A DNA stretch of 64,000 nt from a candidate division WOR-3 bacterium (GTDB taxonomy: Bacteria; Hydrothermota; Tepidihabitantia; SM23-42; JAOAFX01): assembly GCA_037444665.1 (NCBI GenBank), contig JBBILZ010000002.1, positions 26,880 through 90,879 of the forward strand, in the 5' to 3' direction. The position numbers were made by a program, and so were the translations under genes. Under the pieces are notes generated by a model. That model was not told the origin of the DNA and searched no databases. It worked only from the letters and a program-made list of their open reading frames with translations. The first letter of the stretch is position 1. Each line of letters opens with the position of its first letter. Below, in pieces: positions 27,875 through 39,054 of the stretch.

Positions 27875-28852
27875 ATGAAGATAATAAAATTTATATTACC
27901 AATCCTCATTTTTTCGTTGCTTTTTGGGCAGGAGGAATATGAGCCCCTTGCAGAAAAAATAAAAAAAGTAAGTGAAGACTTACTTGAAGGTTATACCCAG
28001 CCATTGATTACCTCATTTGGAACTGGCATATCAACCGGTTTATTCCATACTGCACGCAGCCATAAAACACTGGGGTTTGATATTGGTGTAAGAGTAATGT
28101 ATATTCAGATCCCTGAATTTGCAAAATATTTTGATGCCAAAGTCTTCATAAATTCACTGGCTAATAATAAACTTGATTATGATTCACTGGTTCTGGATAG
28201 CACGAGCACAATATTTGGACCAAAGACCCGAACCGATGTTCCTGTATCAGGCAGTGCAGTTGGAATCCCTCCATATATTCCTGGTGGTTTTGCTCTATCG
28301 GGTGTTCCACTGGCAATACCCCAGTTGAATGTTGGTATTATTATGGGCTCTGAACTGGTTATCCGATACCTCCCGTTTACATTTAAAGGTTCAAAGGTCA
28401 GTTTCCTGGGTCTCGGTTTAAAACAACATCTTAATGGTTTACCATTTATGAAGACTGTGCCTTTGCCCGTTGATATTGCTTTTGGTGGTGCATTGCAGGA
28501 TTTTGGAATAGAGGATTCAAATGGCTATCAAATTGTTAATAGCCATACCTGGAATCTACAATTAATTGTTTCCAAGAACTTGATTGCATTTGAGCCAATG
28601 GTAGGATTTGGTTTTGAGGGAACAAAGGTCTATTTTAAGTATGACTTTGAATATGAAATTCCTGACACACTGCATCCTGGAATGAATATCACAGTCAAAG
28701 ACAATGTTGACCTTGAACTTATAGCCCAGAATAGTTATCGGGCAATCATTGGGTTCACCTTTAAATTGGGAATCTTCTATCTCCATTATGATTATAATCT
28801 GGTGCCCCATTATAAAACACATAATGCGATTTTGGGGTTCAGTTTGAGATAG
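27875..28852 (+). CDS. Outer-membrane protein (DUF6588-like)
   Basis: Signal peptide, GYTQPL..GFDIG, ELVIRYLP, GLGLKQH, terminal beta strand. Confidence 0.65.
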   Translation: MKIIKFILPILIFSLLFGQEEYEPLAEKIKKVSEDLLEGYTQPLITSFGTGISTGLFHTARSHKTLGFDIGVRVMYIQIPEFAKYFDAKVFINSLANNKLDYDSLVLDSTSTIFGPKTRTDVPVSGSAVGIPPYIPGGFALSGVPLAIPQLNVGIIMGSELVIRYLPFTFKGSKVSFLGLGLKQHLNGLPFMKTVPLPVDIAFGGALQDFGIEDSNGYQIVNSHTWNLQLIVSKNLIAFEPMVGFGFEGTKVYFKYDFEYEIPDTLHPGMNITVKDNVDLELIAQNSYRAIIGFTFKLGIFYLHYDYNLVPHYKTHNAILGFSLR

Positions 28853-28967
28853 TCGCCTTCGCAAAAAATATCCTTTCTGCTTGAACAGGATAACAGAAAT
28901 CATCTGTTTATTTAACTTGACATAGGAATTTTTTTTATTATAATTATAGCTTATAGAAAGGAGGCTA

Positions 28968-29354
28968 ATGCCAACAATAAATCAACTTGTTAGATTTGGA
29001 CGAAGAAAGGTTGAAGAGAAGAGTCGGGCACCGGCATTGACCGGTAATCCGCAAAGAAGGGGTGTCTGTACCAGGGTCTATACAACAACCCCGAAAAAAC
29101 CCAATTCTGCCTTGAGAAAGGTTTGCAAGGTCAGAATGACAAATGGTTATGAGGTTACTGCCTATATCCCTGGTGAGGGCCATAACCTCCAGGAACACTC
29201 TATTGTTCTGGTGCGCGGTGGCAGGGTAAAGGATTTACCCGGAGTCCGTTATCATATTGTGCGCGGTAAATACGATTCAGCAGGTGTTGAAGATAGAAAA
29301 AAGAGCCGTTCTCTATATGGGGCAAAACGTCCTAAAGCAGCAGCAACATCTTAA
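28968..29354 (+). CDS. rpsL: 30S ribosomal protein S12
   Basis: [29 protein letters not shown]. Confidence 0.98.
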   Translation: MPTINQLVRFGRRKVEEKSRAPALTGNPQRRGVCTRVYTTTPKKPNSALRKVCKVRMTNGYEVTAYIPGEGHNLQEHSIVLVRGGRVKDLPGVRYHIVRGKYDSAGVEDRKKSRSLYGAKRPKAAATS

Positions 29355-29363
29355 GGAGGTAAA

Positions 29364-29834
29364 GTGGGTAGAAGAAGAAGGGCAGCGATAAGAAAGGTCC
29401 AGCCAGACCCTAAGTTTAATAGCATAATCGTAAGCAAATTTATCAATAACCTTACCTGGGATGGCAAGAAAAGCATTGCCCAGAAAATCTTTTATGGCGC
29501 GCTTGAGCGAATTGAAAAGATAACCAAGGAAGATGGGCTCGTGGTATTTGAAAGGGCACTAAACAATGTAAAACCAATCCTTGAGGTCCGTCCGCGCAGG
29601 GTTGGTGGAGCAACCTACCAGATACCAATGGAAGTTAGACCAAACCGTAAAGAGAGTCTGGCAATAAAATGGATAATCCAGTCTGCAAGGGAAAGGGCTG
29701 AACATGAAATGGAAGAAAGGCTCGCCCAGGAAATAATTGCCGCAAGCAAGAACGAAGGCAATGCAATAAAACGGCGTGAAGAAGTTCATAAAATGGCAGA
29801 AGCCAACAAAGCCTTTGCCCATTTCCGCTGGTGA
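29364..29834 (+). CDS. rpsG: 30S ribosomal protein S7
   Basis: RRVGGATYQIP, HKMAEANKAFAHFRW. Confidence 0.98.
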   Translation: MGRRRRAAIRKVQPDPKFNSIIVSKFINNLTWDGKKSIAQKIFYGALERIEKITKEDGLVVFERALNNVKPILEVRPRRVGGATYQIPMEVRPNRKESLAIKWIIQSARERAEHEMEERLAQEIIAASKNEGNAIKRREEVHKMAEANKAFAHFRW

Positions 29835-29835
29835 T

Positions 29836-30783
29836 ATGAATTTAAAGGCTTTAAAAAATTCTGCACAGATTGTTATCAAGCAGTGCCTTGGTATTGCAAA
29901 AGGTGAAAGTGTAGTAATTATCACCGATAAGCCATGTAGACAGATTGGTGAAGTCATGTGGGAACAACTTCCTGATAAAACAAAGTCTTTGCTTGTAGAG
30001 ATTGCACCCACAGGAGGTCATGGTAAAGAACCACCTCCACTCGTTGCTGAACTCGTAAAAAAATGTGATGCCTTTATCATTCCCACAAGTTTTTCTTTGA
30101 CCCATACCCGGGCGCGGATTGAGGCAACAAAGTTAAAAATTCGTGGGGCAACAATGCCGGGTATTACTGCAGATGTTATGGTCCGCACCCTTAATGCTGA
30201 CTACCATAAGATTGCCCGATTAACAAAAAAGATGGAAGAACTATTAACCCGCACAAAAGATGTGATTATAAAGACCGGAAAAGATGCAGAACTTTATCTC
30301 AATATTAGTTCTCGTAAGGGCCACCCTGATACAGGCACCATTAGAACCCCTGGAAGTTTTTCCAATTTACCCGCAGGCGAGGCATATTGTGCTCCATTAG
30401 AAGATAAATCCGAAGGAAAAGTTATTATAGACGGTTCGTTTGCTCCTTTAGGCTTACTTAAAAGACCAGTTACACTTATTATCAAATCAGGTAAAATAGT
30501 AAAACTCATTGGCAACAAAGAATTAGAAAGAATTTTTGAAAAGGCAGGTGAAAAAGCAAGGGTTCTGTGTGAATTGGGTATTGGGACAAATTACAAAGCC
30601 ACAATTACTGGTAATGTTTTAGAGGACGAAAAGGTCATAGGCACTGTCCATCTTGCATTCGGAAATAATCTTGGTTTTGGCGGAACCAATAATGCAAAGA
30701 TACACCTTGATGGTGTTATCAGAAAACCCTGGGTCTGGTTTGATAATAAATTAGTAATTAAGCAGGGCAAAATTCTAAATTAA
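29836..30783 (+). CDS. M29-family (thermophilic) aminopeptidase
   Basis: SLTHT, NLPAGE, ELGIGTN, EDEKVIGTVHLAFG, IHLDG. Confidence 0.88.
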   Translation: MNLKALKNSAQIVIKQCLGIAKGESVVIITDKPCRQIGEVMWEQLPDKTKSLLVEIAPTGGHGKEPPPLVAELVKKCDAFIIPTSFSLTHTRARIEATKLKIRGATMPGITADVMVRTLNADYHKIARLTKKMEELLTRTKDVIIKTGKDAELYLNISSRKGHPDTGTIRTPGSFSNLPAGEAYCAPLEDKSEGKVIIDGSFAPLGLLKRPVTLIIKSGKIVKLIGNKELERIFEKAGEKARVLCELGIGTNYKATITGNVLEDEKVIGTVHLAFGNNLGFGGTNNAKIHLDGVIRKPWVWFDNKLVIKQGKILN

Positions 30784-30788
30784 ATCTT

Positions 30789-32465
30789 TTGATTTGGTTT
30801 TTATTTATTACCCTTCTTACAAACAAAACAATCTCAAAGATTACATTTGAAGACAATAAATCCATTAAGAGTAGAGAACTTTCCCAGATAATCATATCCC
30901 GTCCCAAAGAATTATTCAGCGAATTTAACATCATCCAGGATATTAATAGGATTAAACGATTTTATACTGAGCGTGGATTTTTTGATACAAAAGTTGAATC
31001 AACAATAAAAGAAATGGAAGAATCTGTAGCGGTGGTTTTCAAAATCATTGAAGGAATACAACCGAAGATTAAAGAAATTAGATTTTTAAATGAAGATAAT
31101 AAAAATCTCCATAAATTATTAGTAATTGAAAAAAATGATTTTTTCCTTCAGGAAAGGATAAAAAAGTCTGCAGATGCTATTGAAGCATTTTACAAAAACC
31201 AGGGCTATGCATTTGCGCAGGTACAAACCCGTATTGTTCCTGATTCTGGTATATTAATTTTTGATATCCAGAAAGATAAAATATATTACATTAATGATAT
31301 TGCCATCAAAGGCTTGAAGTTCTGTAATCCATCTGTTGTTCATCATGAAATTGAATTAAAAAAGGGGGATACCTATAGTCGTAAAAAAATCTTAAATAGT
31401 CAGTTGCGCATATACCGCTTAGGATTTTTCAGCACTGTTGATATTGACCTGGTTAAAATATCTGATGATACACTTAATATTGTTTTTAATGTACGGGAAC
31501 TGAAATCAAGAATCTTTAACTGGGGTATCGGCATCTCCCTTCCTTTGAGCTTTATTATATCTATTGGACTTGAAGAAATGAACCTTTTTAATGCAGGACA
31601 TCGCTTTAAGATTCAGCCGTCCTTCAAAATAAATATCAAAAAAGAATGGGAAGCAAAGGTTGACCTTTTATATTCAATTGCCTATTTCACAAACCTGAGA
31701 TTGAGCCCTTCAATCCTTCCATTTTACTGGTATGAAAATAAGCAGGATTTTATTCGCAAATCCTGGGGCAGTGAATTTAGAATTTCAAGAATTTTCAGTG
31801 AAAACATTCAGGCAAATATTGCTAATAAATACAAGTATACTGATATAGAGATGAAAACCGAACTGCCTGATACATTCTCCGGCACAACCAATAGTATAAA
31901 ATTACAATTGATGTACGATTATCGCAATGAATTCTTTAATCCGAGGTCAGGAGTATACTTTGTGCCCCTGGTTGAATATGCAGGTGGTATATTTGGTGGC
32001 TCAAATCACTATCTCCGATTTGAGGCTGAGGTGCGCCATTTCCAGAATTTTTTGTTGGGGAAAAAAAATATCCTTGCCCAGCGATTAAAAATGGGAATTG
32101 TAATCCCCACTGATGGCGTGAGCCTTGATGAAAAATATTATCTTGGCGGACAGTACAGTATCAGAGGTTATCCCGAAAAATCAATTGGTCCGGATTCACT
32201 GCAGGATGAACATTATGGAGAAGTATTAATGAATTTTAACCTTGAGGATAGATTTTCTGTATACAAAAACTTCGGGATAGTGCTATTTCTTGATGTGGGT
32301 TATATTGATAATAAAGACAATATTTTTAGAAGTGAATTTTTCAAAGCGAGCACCGGTATCGGGCTCAGATATTATACACCCATCGGTCCAATTCGTGCTG
32401 ATATAGGTATACCCATTACTGACCGGGGAAAAGAATTTTATTTGGGAATATACCACATCTTTTAA
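30789..32465 (+). CDS. Omp85-family outer-membrane protein (TamA-like)
   Basis: POTRA repeats, SIRGY, GLRYYTPIGPIRAD, terminal Phe; adjacent to TamB. Confidence 0.85.
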   Translation: MIWFLFITLLTNKTISKITFEDNKSIKSRELSQIIISRPKELFSEFNIIQDINRIKRFYTERGFFDTKVESTIKEMEESVAVVFKIIEGIQPKIKEIRFLNEDNKNLHKLLVIEKNDFFLQERIKKSADAIEAFYKNQGYAFAQVQTRIVPDSGILIFDIQKDKIYYINDIAIKGLKFCNPSVVHHEIELKKGDTYSRKKILNSQLRIYRLGFFSTVDIDLVKISDDTLNIVFNVRELKSRIFNWGIGISLPLSFIISIGLEEMNLFNAGHRFKIQPSFKINIKKEWEAKVDLLYSIAYFTNLRLSPSILPFYWYENKQDFIRKSWGSEFRISRIFSENIQANIANKYKYTDIEMKTELPDTFSGTTNSIKLQLMYDYRNEFFNPRSGVYFVPLVEYAGGIFGGSNHYLRFEAEVRHFQNFLLGKKNILAQRLKMGIVIPTDGVSLDEKYYLGGQYSIRGYPEKSIGPDSLQDEHYGEVLMNFNLEDRFSVYKNFGIVLFLDVGYIDNKDNIFRSEFFKASTGIGLRYYTPIGPIRADIGIPITDRGKEFYLGIYHIF

Positions 32466-32469
32466 TTTT

Positions 32470-35400
32470 ATGAAAAAATTTATTATTACCTTTACCATTA
32501 TTGCAGTAATTATAATTGCCGGCATTATTGCAATTAATGTGGTTGATTGGGGCAGATTGACAATAAATATCCTTAAAAAGACCACAGGTTATGATATTAC
32601 TTATGAGAAGCTGGATGGTAGTATATTCAAAGGATATTTACTACAGAATTATGTAATAAAGCTATCTGCGACCGACAGCATTTATGGAAAACAGGCGCAA
32701 ATTGGTTATCGTCTATCTTTTTTAAGTTTCCGGTTACCGACTCTGTTTCAGATAAATCTACTGGAGCCGAACATAAATATTAAAGCCAAAAAACCGGGCG
32801 CAGAAACAGGCAAATTCAGTATTCCAGGCATAAATCTGTCATTACGTATCAATGTTAAGAACGGCAGGTTAATTTATGAAAACGAAAAGTCTTATGAGAT
32901 AGACCATATTTCAGGATTAATATATATTGATTTCCTGGGGAAAAATTTTTATATCACGACCATGAACCTTAGTTTATCAAGCCCTGGGTATCCAATAACT
33001 ATTTATTCTGCAAATATCTCTGTGAACATAAGCCCTGATAAATTTGATCTGAATTCGTTCCAGATAAAAGGTAAGGGGATAATGCTCCAGGGTAGTGGTC
33101 TATATTTGACCAAACAGAAAGATTTTTTGCTCAATGTAAAAAGTGGAAACATAGATTTTGACCAGATAGGAGTAATGACGGGTAAGGTAAATTTTTCCGG
33201 TAAAATACATTTTGCGCGAAATAAATGGATACCATTGGTTCAAGGAAGAGCACAACAGATTTATGCCTTTGACCAATTTAATTTTGAATCAAATATCCTT
33301 GGTGATACAATAATTTTAAATGTATTTGATGGTCAGGTACTCGGAGGAAATTTCTCAGCACAATTAAAATTTCCCAATCTAAGGGAATATGCAATTGAAA
33401 CTAATTTTCGCAATATTGATATCGCACAATATTTCAAACTCAATAGACCACTTTTGATAAATGGCAAACTCGGTTTTAAAGAACATAAATTTTTTGGTGT
33501 TGTCAACTCACCAGCAGAAAATGGTCTGGCAATAGAGACCCTTTATGTTGCTGGAGTATTTGAAAAAAATAAGATTTTTATTGACACACTAAGTATCAAT
33601 GAGGAAGACCTAAAACTCGTTGCCAGTGGTATGCTCTATCCGGATATTGAATTGTGGTTCAAACTGGATAAAATAAATCTTGAAAGACTGAGCGCACTAT
33701 ACCCATTAAAAGGATTTGTATCAGGTAGTTGCAATCTCAATGGCAGATTCAGTGAATTAGCAAATACATCTTTTGATGCAAACATCGGACTGGTTGATTT
33801 TGCTACTGGTGAATTTTATATCAATAGTAGTAAAATAAAATTTGAAAAATTTGTCTGGAAAAAAGGGGTTGAAAATTTAAATGTGGAGATTGATTCATTT
33901 TGCTTTAAAGATTATTATTTGAATAATCTCTCACTGAATATTATTAAAGATTCATTTATCATGGATGCATCTCGTAAAAATGATACATTATTAGCATCCG
34001 GCAAGATAAATGGTGACCTAACTGGTAGCATAGATTCTTTGCGCATTGTCTATAATGAGACAGGCATTGCTAATATTGAGCCAATTTCATTTGATATCCT
34101 TAACAAAAAATTAGGTGCATTTCGCCTGCATTTTGCACAGGGAGAAATTTACGCATCAATCAATGATGGCAAGATCTCCTTTGTAGACCTCAACCTTGAA
34201 GAGTTGAGCACATTCATTGGTTTAAAAGAAAAAATCAGAGGAAGATTCAATCTAAAATTAGAGAAAAATACTCTGTCAGTTGATGCGCACAGTATATTTT
34301 ACCGCGGGTTAAATAATGGTAAGGTTTTAATTCGGGGTGATTATCTCAAGAATAAAATCAATATAAAAGAATTATCCATCACGGATGATAATAATCAATC
34401 ACTGACTGCACGGGGTATCTTTTCTTTAGAGGACTCAAAAATAAATTTGCAATTTAAGGATGTAAGACCCTGGGTCTTTCCTTTTTTGAATTCATTTATG
34501 GATAGCCCTGATGGATTGATGAATGGAGAGATAGATTTTGCGGGCAATCTGAGAGAATTTAAAATTACTGGCGAGGCAGAAGTAAAAAACGCGAGGTTCG
34601 GCATAAATCTAATAGGGGCAAGATTTGACTCTGGTTATGCAAAGGTAAAATTCAAAGAAAATCAAATTATTTTTGAATCAATGAAAGCACAGGTCTATTC
34701 TGTCAGTCTATTACATTCAACCAATCACAGCTGGGCAACCGGCGGTGGCATTGTTAAATTAGAACCTAAATTTCGCGTGCGTAATCTATATTTTGATTTC
34801 AGTTTTCAAAATGCACCATTGCAATATCAAAATTATGCCTATGGTATCGGCACAGGAAATTTTTCAGTAAGTATGAAAGATGAAGTGATGTTCTATAATG
34901 GAAATATAAATATAAAAGAAGGAGTCGTCCCTGTTGAATTTGGCACTTATCTTGGAGCGAGTGGTGAAGCAGAAGAAAAAGAATGGCACATAAATCTGAA
35001 GTTAAGCGGTGATAGAAATATCTGGCTGCGCAACCGCGATGCAGATATTGAATTTGGTGGTGAGGTCTATGTTATAAAAGAACAAACCCCACTTTATATC
35101 TCAGGCACATTAGAAACAAAGCGAGGCAATTATTATTGGTTAAATCACATATTGAAGATAACCAGTGGCAAAATAACCTTTATCCCGCAGGAGGTGATTG
35201 ACCCGGAACTTGATTTCTGGGCAGAACTGAATACCCGCGAAAAGGACCCGAATACCAACCAGGAAATTAAGATTATTCTCCATTGCACTGGACCAATCTC
35301 TGAACCGGTATTTGAATTCTTTTCTGAACCACCCATTTATAGTGAACAGGATATTTTGACCTATATGAATCTTAACATAACCTGGCAGCAACTTGAATCA

Positions 35401-35727
35401 ATGAAACAGGGTGAATATGTAGGTAAGGTCCTTCCCCAGAGCGTGCTTGCCTGGCTTGAGAGTGATGTTTCAAGAAGATTACGTGCATATACCGGACTTG
35501 ATTATTTCAGGATTGAAGTACCAGTATTTGAATCCGAAGAAAAAACAAAGGTGACTGTAGGCAAATATGTCTCAAGAAATTTATTCGTTACCTACACCTA
35601 TGATATTACAAGTTATTCTAATGAATTTAATGTAGAATATTTTATTGATGACCGCAATGAAATCTTGATTAAACGGGATGAAACCGGTGAATATAGTCTT
35701 CAGTACCAGTATCGGATAAGATTCTGA
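32470..35727 (+). CDS. Translocation and assembly module TamB-like protein
   Basis: N-terminal anchor; C-terminal TamB domain (FSEPPIYSEQDIL, GKYVSRNLFVTY, QYRIRF). Confidence 0.82.
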   Translation: MKKFIITFTIIAVIIIAGIIAINVVDWGRLTINILKKTTGYDITYEKLDGSIFKGYLLQNYVIKLSATDSIYGKQAQIGYRLSFLSFRLPTLFQINLLEPNINIKAKKPGAETGKFSIPGINLSLRINVKNGRLIYENEKSYEIDHISGLIYIDFLGKNFYITTMNLSLSSPGYPITIYSANISVNISPDKFDLNSFQIKGKGIMLQGSGLYLTKQKDFLLNVKSGNIDFDQIGVMTGKVNFSGKIHFARNKWIPLVQGRAQQIYAFDQFNFESNILGDTIILNVFDGQVLGGNFSAQLKFPNLREYAIETNFRNIDIAQYFKLNRPLLINGKLGFKEHKFFGVVNSPAENGLAIETLYVAGVFEKNKIFIDTLSINEEDLKLVASGMLYPDIELWFKLDKINLERLSALYPLKGFVSGSCNLNGRFSELANTSFDANIGLVDFATGEFYINSSKIKFEKFVWKKGVENLNVEIDSFCFKDYYLNNLSLNIIKDSFIMDASRKNDTLLASGKINGDLTGSIDSLRIVYNETGIANIEPISFDILNKKLGAFRLHFAQGEIYASINDGKISFVDLNLEELSTFIGLKEKIRGRFNLKLEKNTLSVDAHSIFYRGLNNGKVLIRGDYLKNKINIKELSITDDNNQSLTARGIFSLEDSKINLQFKDVRPWVFPFLNSFMDSPDGLMNGEIDFAGNLREFKITGEAEVKNARFGINLIGARFDSGYAKVKFKENQIIFESMKAQVYSVSLLHSTNHSWATGGGIVKLEPKFRVRNLYFDFSFQNAPLQYQNYAYGIGTGNFSVSMKDEVMFYNGNINIKEGVVPVEFGTYLGASGEAEEKEWHINLKLSGDRNIWLRNRDADIEFGGEVYVIKEQTPLYISGTLETKRGNYYWLNHILKITSGKITFIPQEVIDPELDFWAELNTREKDPNTNQEIKIILHCTGPISEPVFEFFSEPPIYSEQDILTYMNLNITWQQLESMKQGEYVGKVLPQSVLAWLESDVSRRLRAYTGLDYFRIEVPVFESEEKTKVTVGKYVSRNLFVTYTYDITSYSNEFNVEYFIDDRNEILIKRDETGEYSLQYQYRIRF

Positions 35728-35884
35728 AGATTATATACATAAGCAAAAGCATATGGAACAGCAGAATGATTAAGAAAACAATTGAAACAGGGAATGCTGA
35801 ATAGGTTAAAATGCAGAAAATACACAAAAAACAAGCATCTGGAGATATTGACTTCAGCCATTAAATCAGTATAATAATAGTATT

Positions 35885-38800
35885 ATGGAGGTCAATTTGC
35901 GTCAAATCTTTGCAATCTTATTTTTATTGAGCCTTTGTGGTGCAGAGCGGGTAGTGATAACTAAGGATAAAACTTATAGTCCGCAACCATTTCCTGAATC
36001 TAAATTAAAGATTAATCTTGCAAGTACCAAAGGAATAGAAACATTCTCGGCAAAACAATTTAAGACAATCCATTTTTTTAAGGATTTTGGACTACCCAGA
36101 CCATTACAAAAAACAAGGCTACAAAATTTGAATATTCTCGTTTTAAGGGCTGAGTTTGTTGAAGATAATGATTCACTCTCAACAGGCAATGGCAAGATGG
36201 ATTTGGTCGGATTTGGTTCAGTCTCAGATGGTTTGTTCTATGACCCACCCCATACGAAAAAATACTTTGAGCGGCAGATGGATTTTTTACACAATTATTA
36301 CCGGGCAAACTCTTTTGGCCATTGTAATATAAGTTATACAGTGAAACCAGACCGTCCTACTGATAGTTATCAACTTCCCCATAAAATGTCATACTACAGT
36401 GGCTTTGACCACTATGATCCAAAGACCGGCATTGTCTGGTTCAATACCTATGCAATGGAGATGGGAATGGTAAGAATAATAGCGGATGCCATTGCCAGTG
36501 CAGACCAGGACCCAAGCATAGACTTTTCTGATTATGATGCAATCATTGTCTTTCACGCGGGAACATTGCTCCAGACCGGTATGAATTTTTACAGGTTCTA
36601 TGATATTCCTTCTGCTACAATTCCGCCTGGTGCATTAGAGTATTATCTTGGTGTTCCTTATATAATCGCCAATAATGGAACCGATACAATCCAGTGTCCA
36701 GTAAGCCTTTTGTCTGAAATGGCAAGGGTTGACCAGTATATGGTCGGTGCAATCGGCACTACGGTTCATGAATTTGGTCATATCCTTGGTTTACCTGATC
36801 TATACGATGTCACAGGATGGTCTAATGGTGTTGGAGCATTTGACCTGATGGGCACTGGTGCCTGGACAGGAATGCCTGATGCGGGTGTGCCTGAAGGTTC
36901 AATTCCGACAAACCTCGGTGCCTGGGCAAGATACTTTTTTGGCCACTATACAAATGACCCGGTCTGGGTTGAACCAGTTGTAGTATCACAACCAGAGAGT
37001 CTATTGACCTTACGCGCTGCAGAGGTTGATACCACACAAACAGGTATCGCAAATCAGACAATGATAAAAGTTCCAGTTTCATCAACTGAATTCTTTTTAA
37101 TAGAGAACCGGCAGCAGGATATCAAACAAAAAGATACAATTATTATTGATGTTGAGGATGGTATTCCTATCTATGTGGATAATGGCGAGTTTGATTTCTT
37201 TTTACCAGGGAGTGGAATTTTAATATGGCACATTGATGACAATATCATCTATGCAAATTACAGTTACAATACAATACAGGTAGACCCGAAACATAAAGGT
37301 GTTGACATAGAAGAGGCAGATGGCATCCAGCATTTTGACGCCTGGGTATATATTGATTCAATTGAATATTATGGTTCAAAATATGACCTGTTCTGGGTTG
37401 ACGATTCTAATAAGGCAAACCATAAATTTGGTCCATTTACCAATCCAAATTCAGATAGTTATTTTGGCAAATCACTCATCAACATTGATATTTTATCAAA
37501 ACCTGACACATTAATGAATCTCTCAGTCAATTTTGATATCTTTCAAAAAGGATTCCCTGTGTCTTTACCTTTAAGAAGGCAAATTCATAGTTTGAGTTAT
37601 GGAGACCTTGATGCGAATGGTGATATAGAAATCATTGCCACAACAAAATATGGTAATATCTATGTATACAATCATGATGGTTCTAATTATGGTTCAATAA
37701 TTGTGGATACGATTACAACTTTTCTTGCGGTGGGCGATATAAACGGTGATAATGCTGAAGATGTTATTTTCGGTTCAGGATTTTATCTGCGGGCACTTGA
37801 TGGCAACACACTTGCACCATTATCAAACTTTCCATTCCGCACCAATGGTCTGCTCCTTGGTGCACCATTATTATTTGACATTGATGGTGATAATAAATTA
37901 GAGATTATCTTTGGTTCAGAAGACCGAAATTTATACTGTTTAAAAGATGATGGAACGAATATTCAAAAGTTTCCGCTGTATCTCAATGCCTGGATTTACT
38001 CAACACCCTGTGTCTTTGATGAGATGAAGAAAACAATTGGTGTGCTCGGCTCTGATGGCAGGTTCTGGCTTATTAATAAAGATGGGATAATAAAAGAGTT
38101 CACCAGTTCTCAGCATAATATGTTGACCTATGCCTCGCCTGTGGTCGGCGATATTGACCGTGATGGCAAACCAGAGGCAGCAATTGTTAATGGCTATGGC
38201 ACTTTTTACATCTACGGTGAGGACACACTAAAACAGAAATTTGAGACCTGGATTGATACAGTCTTCTATTATACACCAGCACTTTCAGATATTGACCGTG
38301 ATGGTTATCTTGAAATTATTTCACCCAATAGTAGCAAAGCACTTTATGTTTTTAATCGCAATGGCACAGTAGAAAATAATTTTCCACTCAATACAGATGA
38401 ATACATTTATTATCCTCTGTTAATCGCCAACCTTGATACATTAATTGGTGAGGAAATTATCTTCGGACTCGGACCAAAAGATACATTGAGTTCAGGAAAT
38501 CTGAAGATAATCTATAATCGCAATCGCGAATTTAATTTCTCTCCCCTGTTTGGTGATGGAGGATTCTCTTCACCCGGTTTTATCGCTGACATTGATAAGG
38601 ATGGTGATTTAGAGCTTGCCTGTGGTAGTGATTCTGGAAAGATATATATCTGGGACTTCCCTGGCACGACTGCTTCCTGGTCTGGTTATATGAACTCCAA
38701 TAAAAACTGGGGTCTCTATACCGGAACATACCTTGAGCCTGCCCAATCTGATAGACTGCTCGGTTCATTTTATATCTATCCCTCACCAGTAAAGATGCAG

Positions 38801-39031
38801 GGCACAGTTAGATTTTATCTTTATGATGATGCAGAAGTAAAGATAGATATCCTGGATATCACTGGACACAGGATTGGTGGAATAAAACTTATATCACCTG
38901 TCGCAAATGAGTATAATGAAGTATATTTTGACTTCAAGAATCAGTCAAACGGAGTCTATATTGCACGGGTTGAAGCAAAAAATAGTAGTAAAAGAGAAGT
39001 AAAGTTTGTAAAATTTGCAGTGTTAAAGTAA
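35885..39031 (+). CDS. M6-like metalloprotease with FG-GAP repeats and T9SS-like C-terminal domain (start may be TTG 35897)
   Basis: HEFGHILGLPDLYD, EFFLIENR; repeated GD.D.DG..E; tail YPSP..NGVYIARV..FAVLK. Confidence 0.85.
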   Translation: MEVNLRQIFAILFLLSLCGAERVVITKDKTYSPQPFPESKLKINLASTKGIETFSAKQFKTIHFFKDFGLPRPLQKTRLQNLNILVLRAEFVEDNDSLSTGNGKMDLVGFGSVSDGLFYDPPHTKKYFERQMDFLHNYYRANSFGHCNISYTVKPDRPTDSYQLPHKMSYYSGFDHYDPKTGIVWFNTYAMEMGMVRIIADAIASADQDPSIDFSDYDAIIVFHAGTLLQTGMNFYRFYDIPSATIPPGALEYYLGVPYIIANNGTDTIQCPVSLLSEMARVDQYMVGAIGTTVHEFGHILGLPDLYDVTGWSNGVGAFDLMGTGAWTGMPDAGVPEGSIPTNLGAWARYFFGHYTNDPVWVEPVVVSQPESLLTLRAAEVDTTQTGIANQTMIKVPVSSTEFFLIENRQQDIKQKDTIIIDVEDGIPIYVDNGEFDFFLPGSGILIWHIDDNIIYANYSYNTIQVDPKHKGVDIEEADGIQHFDAWVYIDSIEYYGSKYDLFWVDDSNKANHKFGPFTNPNSDSYFGKSLINIDILSKPDTLMNLSVNFDIFQKGFPVSLPLRRQIHSLSYGDLDANGDIEIIATTKYGNIYVYNHDGSNYGSIIVDTITTFLAVGDINGDNAEDVIFGSGFYLRALDGNTLAPLSNFPFRTNGLLLGAPLLFDIDGDNKLEIIFGSEDRNLYCLKDDGTNIQKFPLYLNAWIYSTPCVFDEMKKTIGVLGSDGRFWLINKDGIIKEFTSSQHNMLTYASPVVGDIDRDGKPEAAIVNGYGTFYIYGEDTLKQKFETWIDTVFYYTPALSDIDRDGYLEIISPNSSKALYVFNRNGTVENNFPLNTDEYIYYPLLIANLDTLIGEEIIFGLGPKDTLSSGNLKIIYNRNREFNFSPLFGDGGFSSPGFIADIDKDGDLELACGSDSGKIYIWDFPGTTASWSGYMNSNKNWGLYTGTYLEPAQSDRLLGSFYIYPSPVKMQGTVRFYLYDDAEVKIDILDITGHRIGGIKLISPVANEYNEVYFDFKNQSNGVYIARVEAKNSSKREVKFVKFAVLK

Positions 39032-39054
39032 AAAATCATTTAAAAAGGAGAATT

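Noticed and set aside
27718..27942. 74-aa ORF
   Set aside because: It spans tRNA-Asp and a promoter
28965..29198. Antisense ORF over rpsL (and the many other short antisense or nested ORFs in the track)
   Set aside because: Shadow ORFs of well-supported genes
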